The notes under the pieces were generated by a model, which did no database searches, was not told the origin of the DNA, and saw only the letters and a list, made by a program, of their open reading frames with translations. Shown here in pieces: positions 38,963 through 48,402 of a stretch of DNA of 60,962 nucleotides. Source of the DNA: a virus (taxonomy: Duplodnaviria > Caudoviricetes); the IMG/VR virus record IMGVR_UViG_3300023184_000132, positions 1 to 60,962 of that record; one strand, 5' to 3'. A program made the position numbers and the translations under genes. The first letter of the stretch is position 1. Every line of letters starts with the position of its first letter.

Positions 38963-38969
38963 TTATTGT

Positions 38970-39809
38970 TTATCTGAATAAGTCGGAAAATTCTTTTGAT
39001 GCACTGTTTACATATTTTGCTTTTAGCAAAGAGATGTTTCTTTTTCTTTCGTTTAAAAACGATTCGTAATCGTAATTTGATACCTCTCCAATCGAAGCAA
39101 TTGTGGATTTTAGGGGAGAAGTATACACTTTTATTCGTTCCGTTGCATCTCCACCAGATATAGGATTGATTCTTCCTCTAGGGTCTAACCAGTTTCCGTA
39201 TTTGTCTTCAAAATGATGCAATGATGTTTTGTTTTCTTCTGTGTATATAATTTTAGTTTTTATTTTTATTCCGTTGCTGTTTGTTAAACTTATTGTATCG
39301 TTTGCGGTTGTTGGAGTTCCTGTGTTTGTATAGCCTGTTACTACCATCTTGCCAAACAAAGGATCATACGACAAGGCAGTAACCGTTGTGTTTCCTATAA
39401 TTGCGGTGGTAGATTCTGTTAAAACAGGTTCTGTGTTTAAAATTGGAAGTTCTGCTTTTGCTCCATCCGAATAGACAAAAGTATCAGAAACATAAACTGC
39501 AATTCCAGGATATTTGTAATCTAATTGACTGTCCAATTCTCTCTGTGATAAGGGCCAATCGTAATAAGGATTTATCATCTCGTTAAACAAGAGTATTATC
39601 CAATGAAGATCTGCTCTTCCGTATACTTGGTGTGCTAAGGTTTCTGGTTTTTCACCATCAGAAATTAAATAATCATCAAATAAACTATCGTTATCTTTAA
39701 TATAATTTGAAAATTTTGCTCTAACCAAAATATTTCTTGCTTGAACAACAGTTAATTCGTTGGCATCTCTTATTATAGAAGTAATGGGGAAATTTGAAAA
39801 ATAACTCAT
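38970..39809 (-). CDS. gp53: Baseplate wedge subunit gp53
   Basis: MSYFSNFP, I.DGEKPE.LA..VYG...LHWIILLFN..INPYYDWP, NY.YE...NE.KR.I.LLK. Confidence 0.92.
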   Translation of the reverse strand: MSYFSNFPITSIIRDANELTVVQARNILVRAKFSNYIKDNDSLFDDYLISDGEKPETLAHQVYGRADLHWIILLFNEMINPYYDWPLSQRELDSQLDYKYPGIAVYVSDTFVYSDGAKAELPILNTEPVLTESTTAIIGNTTVTALSYDPLFGKMVVTGYTNTGTPTTANDTISLTNSNGIKIKTKIIYTEENKTSLHHFEDKYGNWLDPRGRINPISGGDATERIKVYTSPLKSTIASIGEVSNYDYESFLNERKRNISLLKAKYVNSASKEFSDLFR

Positions 39810-39811
39810 TT

Positions 39812-41416
39812 TTAATACCCCTGATCTATTCTGTCTTGAGTTAGGATTTCCAACTCTTCAAAGGTAAGACTCATGTCTATTTTTGTTGGTGACGCACCCA
39901 ATCCAGGTTCAGGTGCAAAGGTGGTAAACTGTTCGTCACCGTAAGTTAAACTTATATCTTTCAAGGCACACCGTGCAATTTTAGGTAAAAAAACATTTTC
40001 AACTCCGTTATGAAAAAACTTAATTTTAAATTCTGCAGGATAATCCAAATACCTTCCTGCCAAATCTTCAGATCGCTTAGGTAATGCGTACTTTCTAAAA
40101 TCTCTTATAATGCGGTGAACTTCTAACATTTCGTGACGAGATCTTGGTGTGAATCGAAAAGAAAACTCAAACACTCTTCTTTTTACAGACTTAAATAAAT
40201 TAAGTGCAAAAGGATTTTGAACTTTGCGAGAGGTTGCTGCGTACACCTTATCCAACTTTAAGTCATCCATTCCTACCATTTTTCCTAAAGATGTACTGGC
40301 CTTTGCCAAAGCTCGTCTGGCGTAGGTTTCCTGCATTGCGCGCATCAATGCTCCTGAGTTTTCTCCCTGAGAAGAAGCACCCACCATATTTGCTAGAGTC
40401 CTGCCCATACCTTTTAGCCCACCAAGTGTTTCTACCAATGCACCAAAATCATCTTCTGTGTACTCTACTCCGTATGAAGTTTTTAGGTTATTTGGTAGGT
40501 ATAGAAGTATTGTTTCTGAAATTCTTTTGTTTGCAGTAGTCATTCCTGTAGTTTCTGCAACAAACGAAAAATCTCCCATTCCTGTATTTGCAGTTGGTTC
40601 TCCATAATTTTCCCATACCGATTTTGCCATTGTGCTAAATGCTCCCGATTGAATTAGTGAATTTGAGTTAAATGCTGCCACTCCCATTGATGCGGCAGAA
40701 TCCACAAGACCAGAACCTGTAGCAAAAGAAGCAGCACCGGCGATTCCTCCAGAAACAGAAACTGCTGCAGCACGAGTAACTGCTCCATGATTGTTTATGT
40801 TAGTTCTAAGTTTTTCTATATCATAATTAAAATTACCGTAATTAATTTTAGGAATAATTTTATCTGACTGTGATGAGGTGTTGGAGACCAAACTTGCACC
40901 ACTAGTTTCGTACATTTCAAATTGCATATAATTTTGTAGTTCTGGATTTACTCCTAGATCTTCAGGATACACTAGAATTCTATTCTGACCTTCTGTCCTG
41001 TTTGACCTTGCAATATCTCTCTTAAGTTGTTCTTGATGAGCCATAACCTCCATGGCGGTGGTCTGATATTCATCCGTCTTCATCATGGCAATCGTATCTT
41101 CTTCACTAAAACGAGTTACTGCGCTGTTTGGATTTGATTTGTTGCCAGATTCCGTACCAACTGCATCGTATCCTACTGTCTTGGACAACCCTTTACTATT
41201 ACTACCAGAAGGTGGAGCTCCTGCTTGAGCTGCTCTAGATGCTCTGTAGTTTGCTGCCGACTCTGCTCGCAAAGATTCCAACTGTTGTGGGGTATAAGTA
41301 GATTCTAGAGAACCTGCTAACGAGGGGCCATCGCCAGGATTTCCTAATGTTGGACTTTTAAGGGCCTGGTCATGAGCCATCATTCTTTGAATTTGCAAGT
41401 CGTCTGCTGCGCTCAT
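39812..41416 (-). CDS. gp48: Baseplate tail tube cap gp48
   Basis: YPEDL, I.LYLP, NP....LFKSV..R.F.F.F.FTPRS..E, YP.EF.I.F, C.L..I..TY, L.F.ELEILT. Confidence 0.9.
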   Translation of the reverse strand: MSAADDLQIQRMMAHDQALKSPTLGNPGDGPSLAGSLESTYTPQQLESLRAESAANYRASRAAQAGAPPSGSNSKGLSKTVGYDAVGTESGNKSNPNSAVTRFSEEDTIAMMKTDEYQTTAMEVMAHQEQLKRDIARSNRTEGQNRILVYPEDLGVNPELQNYMQFEMYETSGASLVSNTSSQSDKIIPKINYGNFNYDIEKLRTNINNHGAVTRAAAVSVSGGIAGAASFATGSGLVDSAASMGVAAFNSNSLIQSGAFSTMAKSVWENYGEPTANTGMGDFSFVAETTGMTTANKRISETILLYLPNNLKTSYGVEYTEDDFGALVETLGGLKGMGRTLANMVGASSQGENSGALMRAMQETYARRALAKASTSLGKMVGMDDLKLDKVYAATSRKVQNPFALNLFKSVKRRVFEFSFRFTPRSRHEMLEVHRIIRDFRKYALPKRSEDLAGRYLDYPAEFKIKFFHNGVENVFLPKIARCALKDISLTYGDEQFTTFAPEPGLGASPTKIDMSLTFEELEILTQDRIDQGY

Positions 41417-41476
41417 ATTAGTTTCCTCTGTTTAAATGTGTTTAACATAGACATTTTGCCTTTCCTTTGCTTATTG

Positions 41477-41501
41477 TATTTAGATAATATTTTACTAAAT
41501 A
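41477..41501. promoter_or_regulatory. Divergent pair of late promoters (CTAAATA on - at 41477-41483 and on + at 41495-41501)
   Basis: tatttag ... ctaaata back-to-back between the divergent gp48 and gp4 genes. Confidence 0.7.
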
Positions 41502-41522
41502 TAAAAAAGAGAGGATACTCCT

Positions 41523-41996
41523 ATCGGAACCTTCAGATCATATAAAGGATTCTATAAACCCAAGAATCCCACCAAATATAAAGGCGATCCCACCAACTGT
41601 ATTTATAGATCGTTGTGGGAGCGGCGCTTTATGCAATACTGTGATTTAAACGAATCTATCGTTGGTTGGTCGTCTGAAGAAGTAGTAGTTCCTTATTGGT
41701 CTCCTCTTGACAACAAACCTCACCGATACTATGTGGACTTTTGGGTGAAAACTATGACGGCTGAAGGCAAAGAAGAGTGCATGCTGATTGAAATTAAACC
41801 TAGAAACAAAACAAGTAAACCTGAACTAGGCAACAAAAAGATGACTAGAGCAAAAATAAACGAGATGCGAGACTGGATTATAAACAGCAGCAAATGGGAA
41901 GCTGCAGAGAAATTCTGCGAGGCTCGTGGGTGGAAATTTAAGGTTTTGACCGAAAAAGACATATTTGGTCGAGGAAAAGAAAGAAACGCACCATGA
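41523..41996 (+). CDS. gp4: Head completion nuclease gp4 (TnsA-like endonuclease fold); probable ATC start
   Basis: SYKGFYKPKNPTKYKGDPTNCIYRSLWERRFM..CD.N..I..WSSEE..VPY.SP.D...HRYYVDF, IEIKP, N.SKW.AA; GAGGA 7 nt before ATC 41523. Confidence 0.92.
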   Translation: MGTFRSYKGFYKPKNPTKYKGDPTNCIYRSLWERRFMQYCDLNESIVGWSSEEVVVPYWSPLDNKPHRYYVDFWVKTMTAEGKEECMLIEIKPRNKTSKPELGNKKMTRAKINEMRDWIINSSKWEAAEKFCEARGWKFKVLTEKDIFGRGKERNAP

Positions 41997-42568
41997 GTCA
42001 AGAAGAAGTAGGAGCTATTCTTCGCAAATTTAAATTTGAAAATATTGATATTGCTACACGCACAGCAACGCATTGGTTAGGAGAACACCTAAACTCGGTA
42101 GGGCCCATTAGTCGTACCTCTATTCTTAGAGACGCAGTGTCTGCTTCTTCTATTAGTCCAGGCAACATGTATTTTTTCTCATACAATCCTAAAACTAAAA
42201 ATATTTTGCCGTTTTACGACATGTTTCCTCTTGCTATAGCACTAAAACCAACTCCTGGTGGGTTTTTAGGGTTAAACCTACACTATCTTAGATACTACCA
42301 CAGAGCAGTATTCTTAAATTTGCTGTTAGATTTTGCAGACAGAAGCAATTGGTACGAAACAAAAACGGCAAAATTCTTGTTGGAGTATACAGCATTAAAA
42401 AACAATAAATATCTTCATGGTACGATAAAACGATATTATTTTAAACAATTCATAAGCGGAGCAGTTCGAGTGCTTCCTAAAGACTGGAAGGTTGTTCCGT
42501 TTTTACCCATAGATAGATTCATGAAAGCATCAAGAGAAGAAGTGTTTAGGTGGGCATCTTCACAATAA
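41993..42568 (+). CDS. gp2: DNA end protector protein gp2
   Basis: PG.MYFF.Y.PKTK..LPFYD.FPL, GFLGLNLHYL, IKRY, FLP..RF.KAS. Confidence 0.92.
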   Translation: MSQEEVGAILRKFKFENIDIATRTATHWLGEHLNSVGPISRTSILRDAVSASSISPGNMYFFSYNPKTKNILPFYDMFPLAIALKPTPGGFLGLNLHYLRYYHRAVFLNLLLDFADRSNWYETKTAKFLLEYTALKNNKYLHGTIKRYYFKQFISGAVRVLPKDWKVVPFLPIDRFMKASREEVFRWASSQ

Positions 42569-42586
42569 GCAGAAAGACATATTCAC

Positions 42587-43597
42587 ATGAGCGCGTTCGG
42601 TTCTTCATTTAATTTTCCTAAATTTCAAGATCTTCTTGCAGCAGACTATTCTAATAGTGGACAGCGGGTGTCTCCTTTAGGGTCAAATCAAGGTGCGGGT
42701 TTTATTGAGGAAATGGTTGGATACGCTAGGTGGATGGGATTTATGCGTCCCAACAGATACTGTGTTTTGTTTCAAGGAGTTCCAAGTGCTGCTGCTTTAA
42801 TGGAAACCAAAAACGAACGATTATCCATGAATTGCTTGTCTGCTACCATACCAGACTCTGGTTTTTCCACAGCAGAAATGTCTATTTCTGGCCCTAAAAG
42901 AAATATTCCTCAATCTCAGGTGTTTAGTGCAGATCCTGCATTTCAATTTAATTGCGGAACAGATCTATACGAATACACTTTTTTTCGTGCATGGCAAAGG
43001 TCGATTGTAGATCCAGTTTCTCGTCAGGCAGCATACTATAATGATTATGCAAGAAATTGTTCGTTAACTCTTGTTATTCTGCCAAATAATGTTAAAAACT
43101 TTAGAGAAATGCTGGACAGATTGGATACTGGTGAACTGTATGGAATCCGACTGAGTGAATTGTATCCAAAGGTTGTTGGTATGAATCAAGTTCAGCACAG
43201 TTCTTCAAATAATGTTTTAATATCTAATGTTACCTTTGGATACCGTGAAATTGTTCCGTATAAGGATTGGGCAGACGACTACAAGTATGCACTCAAGGCA
43301 GCAGCAGATTCCATGATGGATACCATACAGAGTGGAACTTTTACAAAAGCAAAAGCATTGTCAGGAGAGGGGTTACAGAAAGAATTGGAAAATTCCGCAT
43401 ACGAACAAAGCATGGGCAATTTTCTTGCTAAAGAACCTCTTGGTGCTAAAATTGCTGGCGGCAATCCAAATTACGAAAAATACATTGTTCCTAGCAAAGA
43501 TCCGTCAGTCCCACCAAATGCAGGAAGTGCCAATGTGTTTATGAACAATTTGCTGACTTCAGGTATTAACACTTCTGCCCTCTTCAAAGGCATATAA
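42587..43597 (+). CDS. Tail tube-like protein / baseplate tube initiator (gp54/gp19 fold)
   Basis: RPNRY.V.F, L...C..A.IP, FF..WQ..I.D, YY.DY, L.E.YP..V, V.F.YR; located between gp2 and gp26. Confidence 0.8.
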   Translation: MSAFGSSFNFPKFQDLLAADYSNSGQRVSPLGSNQGAGFIEEMVGYARWMGFMRPNRYCVLFQGVPSAAALMETKNERLSMNCLSATIPDSGFSTAEMSISGPKRNIPQSQVFSADPAFQFNCGTDLYEYTFFRAWQRSIVDPVSRQAAYYNDYARNCSLTLVILPNNVKNFREMLDRLDTGELYGIRLSELYPKVVGMNQVQHSSSNNVLISNVTFGYREIVPYKDWADDYKYALKAAADSMMDTIQSGTFTKAKALSGEGLQKELENSAYEQSMGNFLAKEPLGAKIAGGNPNYEKYIVPSKDPSVPPNAGSANVFMNNLLTSGINTSALFKGI

Positions 43598-43600
43598 ATA
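43593..43600 (+). promoter_or_regulatory. T4 late promoter consensus TATAAATA
   Basis: Exact consensus upstream of the AAGGAG RBS and gp26. Confidence 0.75.
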
Positions 43601-43633
43601 CAAAGTAATGACACAACCTAAGGAGAATTGATT

Positions 43634-44344
43634 ATGGGTCTGCCAACAATTGCTGTACCGAAATATACACTCACTGTTCCTTCTAGTGGACAACAAATAG
43701 AATATCGTCCTTTTCTTGTAAAAGAAGAGAAAATTCTGCTTTTAGCAAACGAAAGCAAAAACGAAAAAGAACAAATTCGTGCAATGAAGCAAGCAATTGA
43801 AAATTGCACCTTTGGTAAGGTGGATGTAAATTCACTTGCTTCGTTTGATATTGAATATTTGTTTCTTAAATTGCGATCTAAGTCTGTAGGAGAAACGGTA
43901 GAAGTTGGAGTAAAATGCAGCGAATGCGAAACCAACTGTCCTACAACTATTGACTTGAGTGATGTAGAAGTAAGTTTCCACCCTAAGTTTACAAACAGGA
44001 TTGCCCTTACAGAAACAATCGGTGTTCTGATGCGTTATCCAACTTACGATGACATGGTAACAATTTCTCAGGCGCAGAAAAAAGAAGACAATACTGCTGT
44101 TATGGATTTTGTGGCAAGTTGTATTAACAAAATTTATGACGGACAGCAAGTTTACAACACTGTGGATTTCACAAAACAAGAGGTCTTGAATTTTTTAGAT
44201 GAGTTATCACAATCGTCTTTAAAGAAGATAATGTCGTTTTTTGAATTGATGCCGTCTCTACAAAAAGAAATAAAAGTTATTTGCAAAAAGTGCAATAAAG
44301 AATCGGAGGTAATGCTAAAGGGTGCTCAAAGTTTTTTTCAGTAA
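43634..44344 (+). CDS. gp26: Baseplate hub assembly protein gp26
   Basis: LP.I..P.Y.L.VPS.G..I.YRPFLVKEEKILLLA.ES, FDIEYLFL.LRSKSVGE, two CxxC pairs, C-terminal G..SFF. Confidence 0.92.
   Translation: MGLPTIAVPKYTLTVPSSGQQIEYRPFLVKEEKILLLANESKNEKEQIRAMKQAIENCTFGKVDVNSLASFDIEYLFLKLRSKSVGETVEVGVKCSECETNCPTTIDLSDVEVSFHPKFTNRIALTETIGVLMRYPTYDDMVTISQAQKKEDNTAVMDFVASCINKIYDGQQVYNTVDFTKQEVLNFLDELSQSSLKKIMSFFELMPSLQKEIKVICKKCNKESEVMLKGAQSFFQ
44332..44338 (+). promoter_or_regulatory. Putative programmed -1 ribosomal frameshift site (T_TTT_TTT)
   Basis: XXXYYYZ heptamer in the correct phase one codon before the gp26 stop; the -1 frame is open into the gp51 ORF. Confidence 0.65.
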
Positions 44345-44346
44345 GT

Positions 44347-44556
44347 ATGATGCACGACAATCTGGCGAATATGTTTCAAAGCAATTTCGCACTAATGCAG
44401 CATCATAAGTATTCTCTGTCGGATTTAGAAAATATGCTACCGTGGGAACGAAGATTGTATATTGATATGGTGATTAGTCATGTTAAAGCGGAGAATGAGA
44501 AACAGCAGGGAGGAATTGGTGGAGGAGATTTAGATCCTGCCCAATTCAAGAAATAG
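44347..44556 (+). CDS. gp51: Baseplate hub assembly catalyst (gp51 as annotated in cyanophages); probable frameshift extension of gp26
   Basis: NFALMQHHKYSLSDLENMLPWER..Y motif; no Shine-Dalgarno sequence before its ATGs. Confidence 0.85.
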   Translation: MMHDNLANMFQSNFALMQHHKYSLSDLENMLPWERRLYIDMVISHVKAENEKQQGGIGGGDLDPAQFKK

Positions 44557-44580
44557 ACTACACCACAGCATTAATAATAC

Positions 44581-47409
44581 ATGGCGCAAGATTTTAACAC
44601 AGGACCCAATGCTACCCCTGGCGGTGCACCAGAAAATGCTCGCGTCAATGATGCTGCAATGAATGCAGAATTAAAGCAGGCTCAAATTCTTCAGAACAAT
44701 ACCATTAAGGGATTGACTGATACAATTGATAAATTAACAAAACAATACGAAGAATTAACACAGTCTGGCAAAGAACTGTCACAGGATGAAGCAAATGTAA
44801 GCAAACAGCTTCAAGACAAAATACAAGATCTTTCTGATGTGTTAAAAAACATGAAAGCAGGAATAGCAAGAGGTGAACAACCTGCATCCCTTTCAAGTAT
44901 TGGTCAGAAAGAAAGAATCCAAACTTTTGATAGACTGACCTCTGTTATAAAAGATTTTCAAAAATCTAATGCAGAGTTTATGAAATCTTCTAGTGGAGAT
45001 GCGTTGGATTTTGACACTTGGTTTGCTAGTTATACTGCACAAAAGCAATATGATATAGAGTCTCTTGAATCTTCCGAAGACAATAATTTGTTGTTAGAAG
45101 ATATTAAAAAGATTCTTAAATCTCAATCTTCTGAGCTTGCAAATCTTACTGACGAAGAATTAACAGATGTTGCTAAAAAGAGTTTAAAGTTATCAGTAGA
45201 CGAGAAAAAAAGAGATTTAGAATTTTACGAACAAAACAGAGATATTATAAAATTAAATAGAATTGCAAACGAAAACGAGCAAGATGGTGTGAAAAAGATA
45301 ATTTCTTCCGCCAAATTTGACCCAACCAAACCTATATTAGAATACGGATTTAAGAGTATCAACAAGGATATGGATACTCTTATTAAAAACACAAAGCACC
45401 GAACTTTATTACAAATTGTTGCTGATTTGTTGGGGCCGTTAGGTCATATTATAGTGTTTATGATTAAGGTATTGTTTATTCCTCTTGCTGTAATTCTTGG
45501 TCTGCTTGTTGGTGTTGTACAAGCGCAGTTTCTCAAGTTAAGAGAAGTAGGAAGAATGTTTTCTGGTGAGTTTTTTGTAAACATTTACAAAAATTTAAAA
45601 CTGGTATTTGGCAGCGGAGGCCCAATACATAAACTTGGAAATGCTTTTGTCTGGTTCAATATGAAATTTATGGGATTGTCTAGTGTTTTTAATAGAATAC
45701 AAGCAGCTATGGGTAGGTTTATATTGGCAGTAATCATTGGAGAAAGGGGCTTTGCTGGTTTTATAGGTAGACTAATCAATACAATAGGTCCTTCTATAGT
45801 AAGAGGGTTTGCTAAGGTTACAGGTTTATTTGGACGCGCTTTGGGCAGTCCTCTCAGAAGAGTTGGAGATTTGCTTTATACAATTGGAGTCCTCTTTCGG
45901 GGAGCAATAAGTAAAATTGGATCTGCTGTGAGATTTATATTGCCTTATTTTAAGACGATTGGAAATAAATTCACTGCTGCAGCAGCATTTTTATTGAAAC
46001 CCTTTACTATGTTAAATTCTTTCTTAAACACAAGAACAGGAAAGCTGTTTTCGGTTGCAGATAGATTTTTAGGTGGAATTTTTTCTACTTTTAATGCTTT
46101 TCGCAAAATTGGTCTTGTGGTTGGTGGGATTCTTGGGCCGTTTGCCGGGGTTTTAAATATTTTTAAATCTCTTCCTGATTTCTTTCACAGAATATTTCAC
46201 GGAACTTTTAGAGAAGCAGTAAAAGCAATTATGGGAATGATTGTGTTTATACTCACTCAATTTTTCTCTTCGCTGCTTGGGCCTATTGGTGGAGTAATAG
46301 CACTCACTATGTTTAATTTTGAAAAAATCATGAAATGGTTTGATCCTATATTTGATTTTTTGCTTGATATTGCAATGTGGCTTGGTGGCACACTAATGAT
46401 GATATGGGAATATGCGGTTAAACCTTTAATAGGAGCAGTTGCCGAATTCTTGTCTGCATTTCTTGACATAGTATTTGCTATAGCCAAACCTGTAATTCGT
46501 TACCTGCGGTTTATTTGGGATATTATTATTAAACCTTTGCTTGTTCTTGCTGGTATTGTTTTAGTGGGTTTATTTTATGTGGTAAAAAAGGCATTTCAAG
46601 GATTGTCTTGGTTGTTTACAATGGTAATTTTACCAGCAGTAGAAATGATTTCATATGTTATTGAAAGTGTATTCAATAAAGTGGAAGACACACTTTTAAC
46701 TGTTTTAAATTATTTGGTTGATTGGATTAATAAAGCAGCTAGTTGGTTTGGTATGAGTAAAATTGAACACTTTGGTGGTAGCACCGCAGATAAAGCAAAG
46801 GCAAAAGAAAAAGAAGCAGCAGAAAAATTAGCAATTCAAGAACGAGAAAAGCAAGAATTAGAAAAGAAAAATCAAAAAGATATGCAGGCTGCAGTGAAAT
46901 CTGGTGTAATTTCTGGTATGGAAAAAGCACAAGAGGTTGTAAGAGATCTTTACGACATGACTAAAACAGAAGCATCAGGAATGCTAAATCTAATAACCGA
47001 TGCACTTTCCTCTAATGGTGCAGGTATGCTAGACGGCAAAAAGATAGGAAATCTTGTAGCAGCTGCGGAAAACGGATTGAAGAGTGGATTTGCGGCCGCA
47101 AAAGGAATTGATATTTCCTCAAAATTAAATAGCGTAAAATCTATAGGTAATGATTTTGTTTCTATGCTTTCCGCACCCAAAGCAGAAACAATGCAATACG
47201 CAAACACCAATAATGGTTCTGTAGAATATTTTGATAAGCAAACAGGATTCACCCCACAACTCGCCGGAAATACTATTGTAAACAACAATAATAATGTTGT
47301 AAACAGTAGCAATTCCGGCGGTGGGTCTAATCTGTTACCGATAATTTCATCGGGTCACACTGATCCTACCAAAGTATCGTTGCAAATTGGTCTAAGACCA
47401 CCAGGATAA
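44581..47409 (+). CDS. Tail tape measure protein (gp29-like)
   Basis: 942 aa, all-helical; charged coiled-coil N-terminus and long amphipathic F/W-periodic repeats; directly follows gp26/gp51. Confidence 0.75.
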   Translation: MAQDFNTGPNATPGGAPENARVNDAAMNAELKQAQILQNNTIKGLTDTIDKLTKQYEELTQSGKELSQDEANVSKQLQDKIQDLSDVLKNMKAGIARGEQPASLSSIGQKERIQTFDRLTSVIKDFQKSNAEFMKSSSGDALDFDTWFASYTAQKQYDIESLESSEDNNLLLEDIKKILKSQSSELANLTDEELTDVAKKSLKLSVDEKKRDLEFYEQNRDIIKLNRIANENEQDGVKKIISSAKFDPTKPILEYGFKSINKDMDTLIKNTKHRTLLQIVADLLGPLGHIIVFMIKVLFIPLAVILGLLVGVVQAQFLKLREVGRMFSGEFFVNIYKNLKLVFGSGGPIHKLGNAFVWFNMKFMGLSSVFNRIQAAMGRFILAVIIGERGFAGFIGRLINTIGPSIVRGFAKVTGLFGRALGSPLRRVGDLLYTIGVLFRGAISKIGSAVRFILPYFKTIGNKFTAAAAFLLKPFTMLNSFLNTRTGKLFSVADRFLGGIFSTFNAFRKIGLVVGGILGPFAGVLNIFKSLPDFFHRIFHGTFREAVKAIMGMIVFILTQFFSSLLGPIGGVIALTMFNFEKIMKWFDPIFDFLLDIAMWLGGTLMMIWEYAVKPLIGAVAEFLSAFLDIVFAIAKPVIRYLRFIWDIIIKPLLVLAGIVLVGLFYVVKKAFQGLSWLFTMVILPAVEMISYVIESVFNKVEDTLLTVLNYLVDWINKAASWFGMSKIEHFGGSTADKAKAKEKEAAEKLAIQEREKQELEKKNQKDMQAAVKSGVISGMEKAQEVVRDLYDMTKTEASGMLNLITDALSSNGAGMLDGKKIGNLVAAAENGLKSGFAAAKGIDISSKLNSVKSIGNDFVSMLSAPKAETMQYANTNNGSVEYFDKQTGFTPQLAGNTIVNNNNNVVNSSNSGGGSNLLPIISSGHTDPTKVSLQIGLRPPG

Positions 47410-48321
47410 TTAATCCTCTTCTGCCAACTTTCGGAAGTACGAAAGTGTGTCGTCTTCACTACTCGTGTCTTCTTGTGCGACAGGTTTCTTAGAAGGAACA
47501 ACTGCTGCTTCCTTCTTGCGAAACTTCTCACTCAGACTCTCACGGACAGGTTCTGCGTCTTCTGCTCGTTTTGCAGATTTGCTTTCAGTAGTCAGAACGG
47601 TATGATACCGATCCTTTAACTCATCGTAAGACTTGAACTTATCCTTGCCAACAAGTTCTTGCAACTTGTATTGTGACTTCCAAACCTTCTCAAGCAAGTC
47701 GTCCTTGCCATCAAGCAGAGAACTAGGAGAATCAAACTCACTTTTGTCATAGTTTGCAAACCCTGCAACCGTTTGAATCTTCATCTTGAAATTTTGACCC
47801 TTCCAAAAGTCAAACGGATTTACTGGTTCTTCGCCAGGAAACTTTGGTTGCATACTATCACTAATCTTATCAAAAATCTTCTTGCCGTAACGAAACAAGA
47901 ATACCTTGCCTTCATTCTCACGATTAGCAGGATCACTGATAACCATAATATTGCTGATGTAAGACAGTTTTCGTTTGCGTTGTCGTGCAATTTCCTTGTC
48001 GGATTCTACACCACTATTCCACAACTCATTGTTTGCTTCACACACAGGACACTTCAAACCAAGAGTAGTTGGGCAGTTTTCAATATACCATCCACCCTTG
48101 CTTTGAAATCCGTGATTAAACATACGAACCCACGGAACATCTTCGCCTTCTGTTGCTGGCAGAAAACGCAAGATAGCAAATCCATTGCCGTCCTTGCCTC
48201 GTTCTGGTGCCCAAACGCGTTCATCCTTGTAGGACTTTGTTTCGTTAATCTTCTCCAATTCCTTGCTTAAACTAGAAACGGAATTGTTACTCATCTTCTT
48301 CATATCTGAAAATCCAGCCAT
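47410..48321 (-). CDS. gp32: Single-stranded DNA-binding protein gp32
   Basis: GNGFAILRFLP, HGFQ..GGWYIENCPTTLG..CPVCE, KRKLSY.SNI.V..DP, GKVFLF.YGKKIFDKI, acidic tail DDTLSYFRKLAEED. Confidence 0.97.
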   Translation of the reverse strand: MAGFSDMKKMSNNSVSSLSKELEKINETKSYKDERVWAPERGKDGNGFAILRFLPATEGEDVPWVRMFNHGFQSKGGWYIENCPTTLGLKCPVCEANNELWNSGVESDKEIARQRKRKLSYISNIMVISDPANRENEGKVFLFRYGKKIFDKISDSMQPKFPGEEPVNPFDFWKGQNFKMKIQTVAGFANYDKSEFDSPSSLLDGKDDLLEKVWKSQYKLQELVGKDKFKSYDELKDRYHTVLTTESKSAKRAEDAEPVRESLSEKFRKKEAAVVPSKKPVAQEDTSSEDDTLSYFRKLAEED

Positions 48322-48374
48322 ATAGTATCCTTTCGTATTACGAGGTATTAAAAGTATTAGTGAACTAAGAGTAC

Positions 48375-48402
48375 AGTATACTCTTTATTTTGTGGAATGC
48401 AA
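48375..48402 (-). promoter_or_regulatory. Sigma70-like promoter for gp32 (TTGCAT-N16-TATACT)
   Basis: Minus strand -35 at 48402-48397 and -10 at 48380-48375. Confidence 0.55.

Noticed and set aside
47773-48270. Long antisense ORFs, such as the 165-aa ORF opposite gp32 and the 189-aa ORF at 54956-55525
   Set aside because: They fully overlap well-supported genes on the other strand and have no recognisable motifs.
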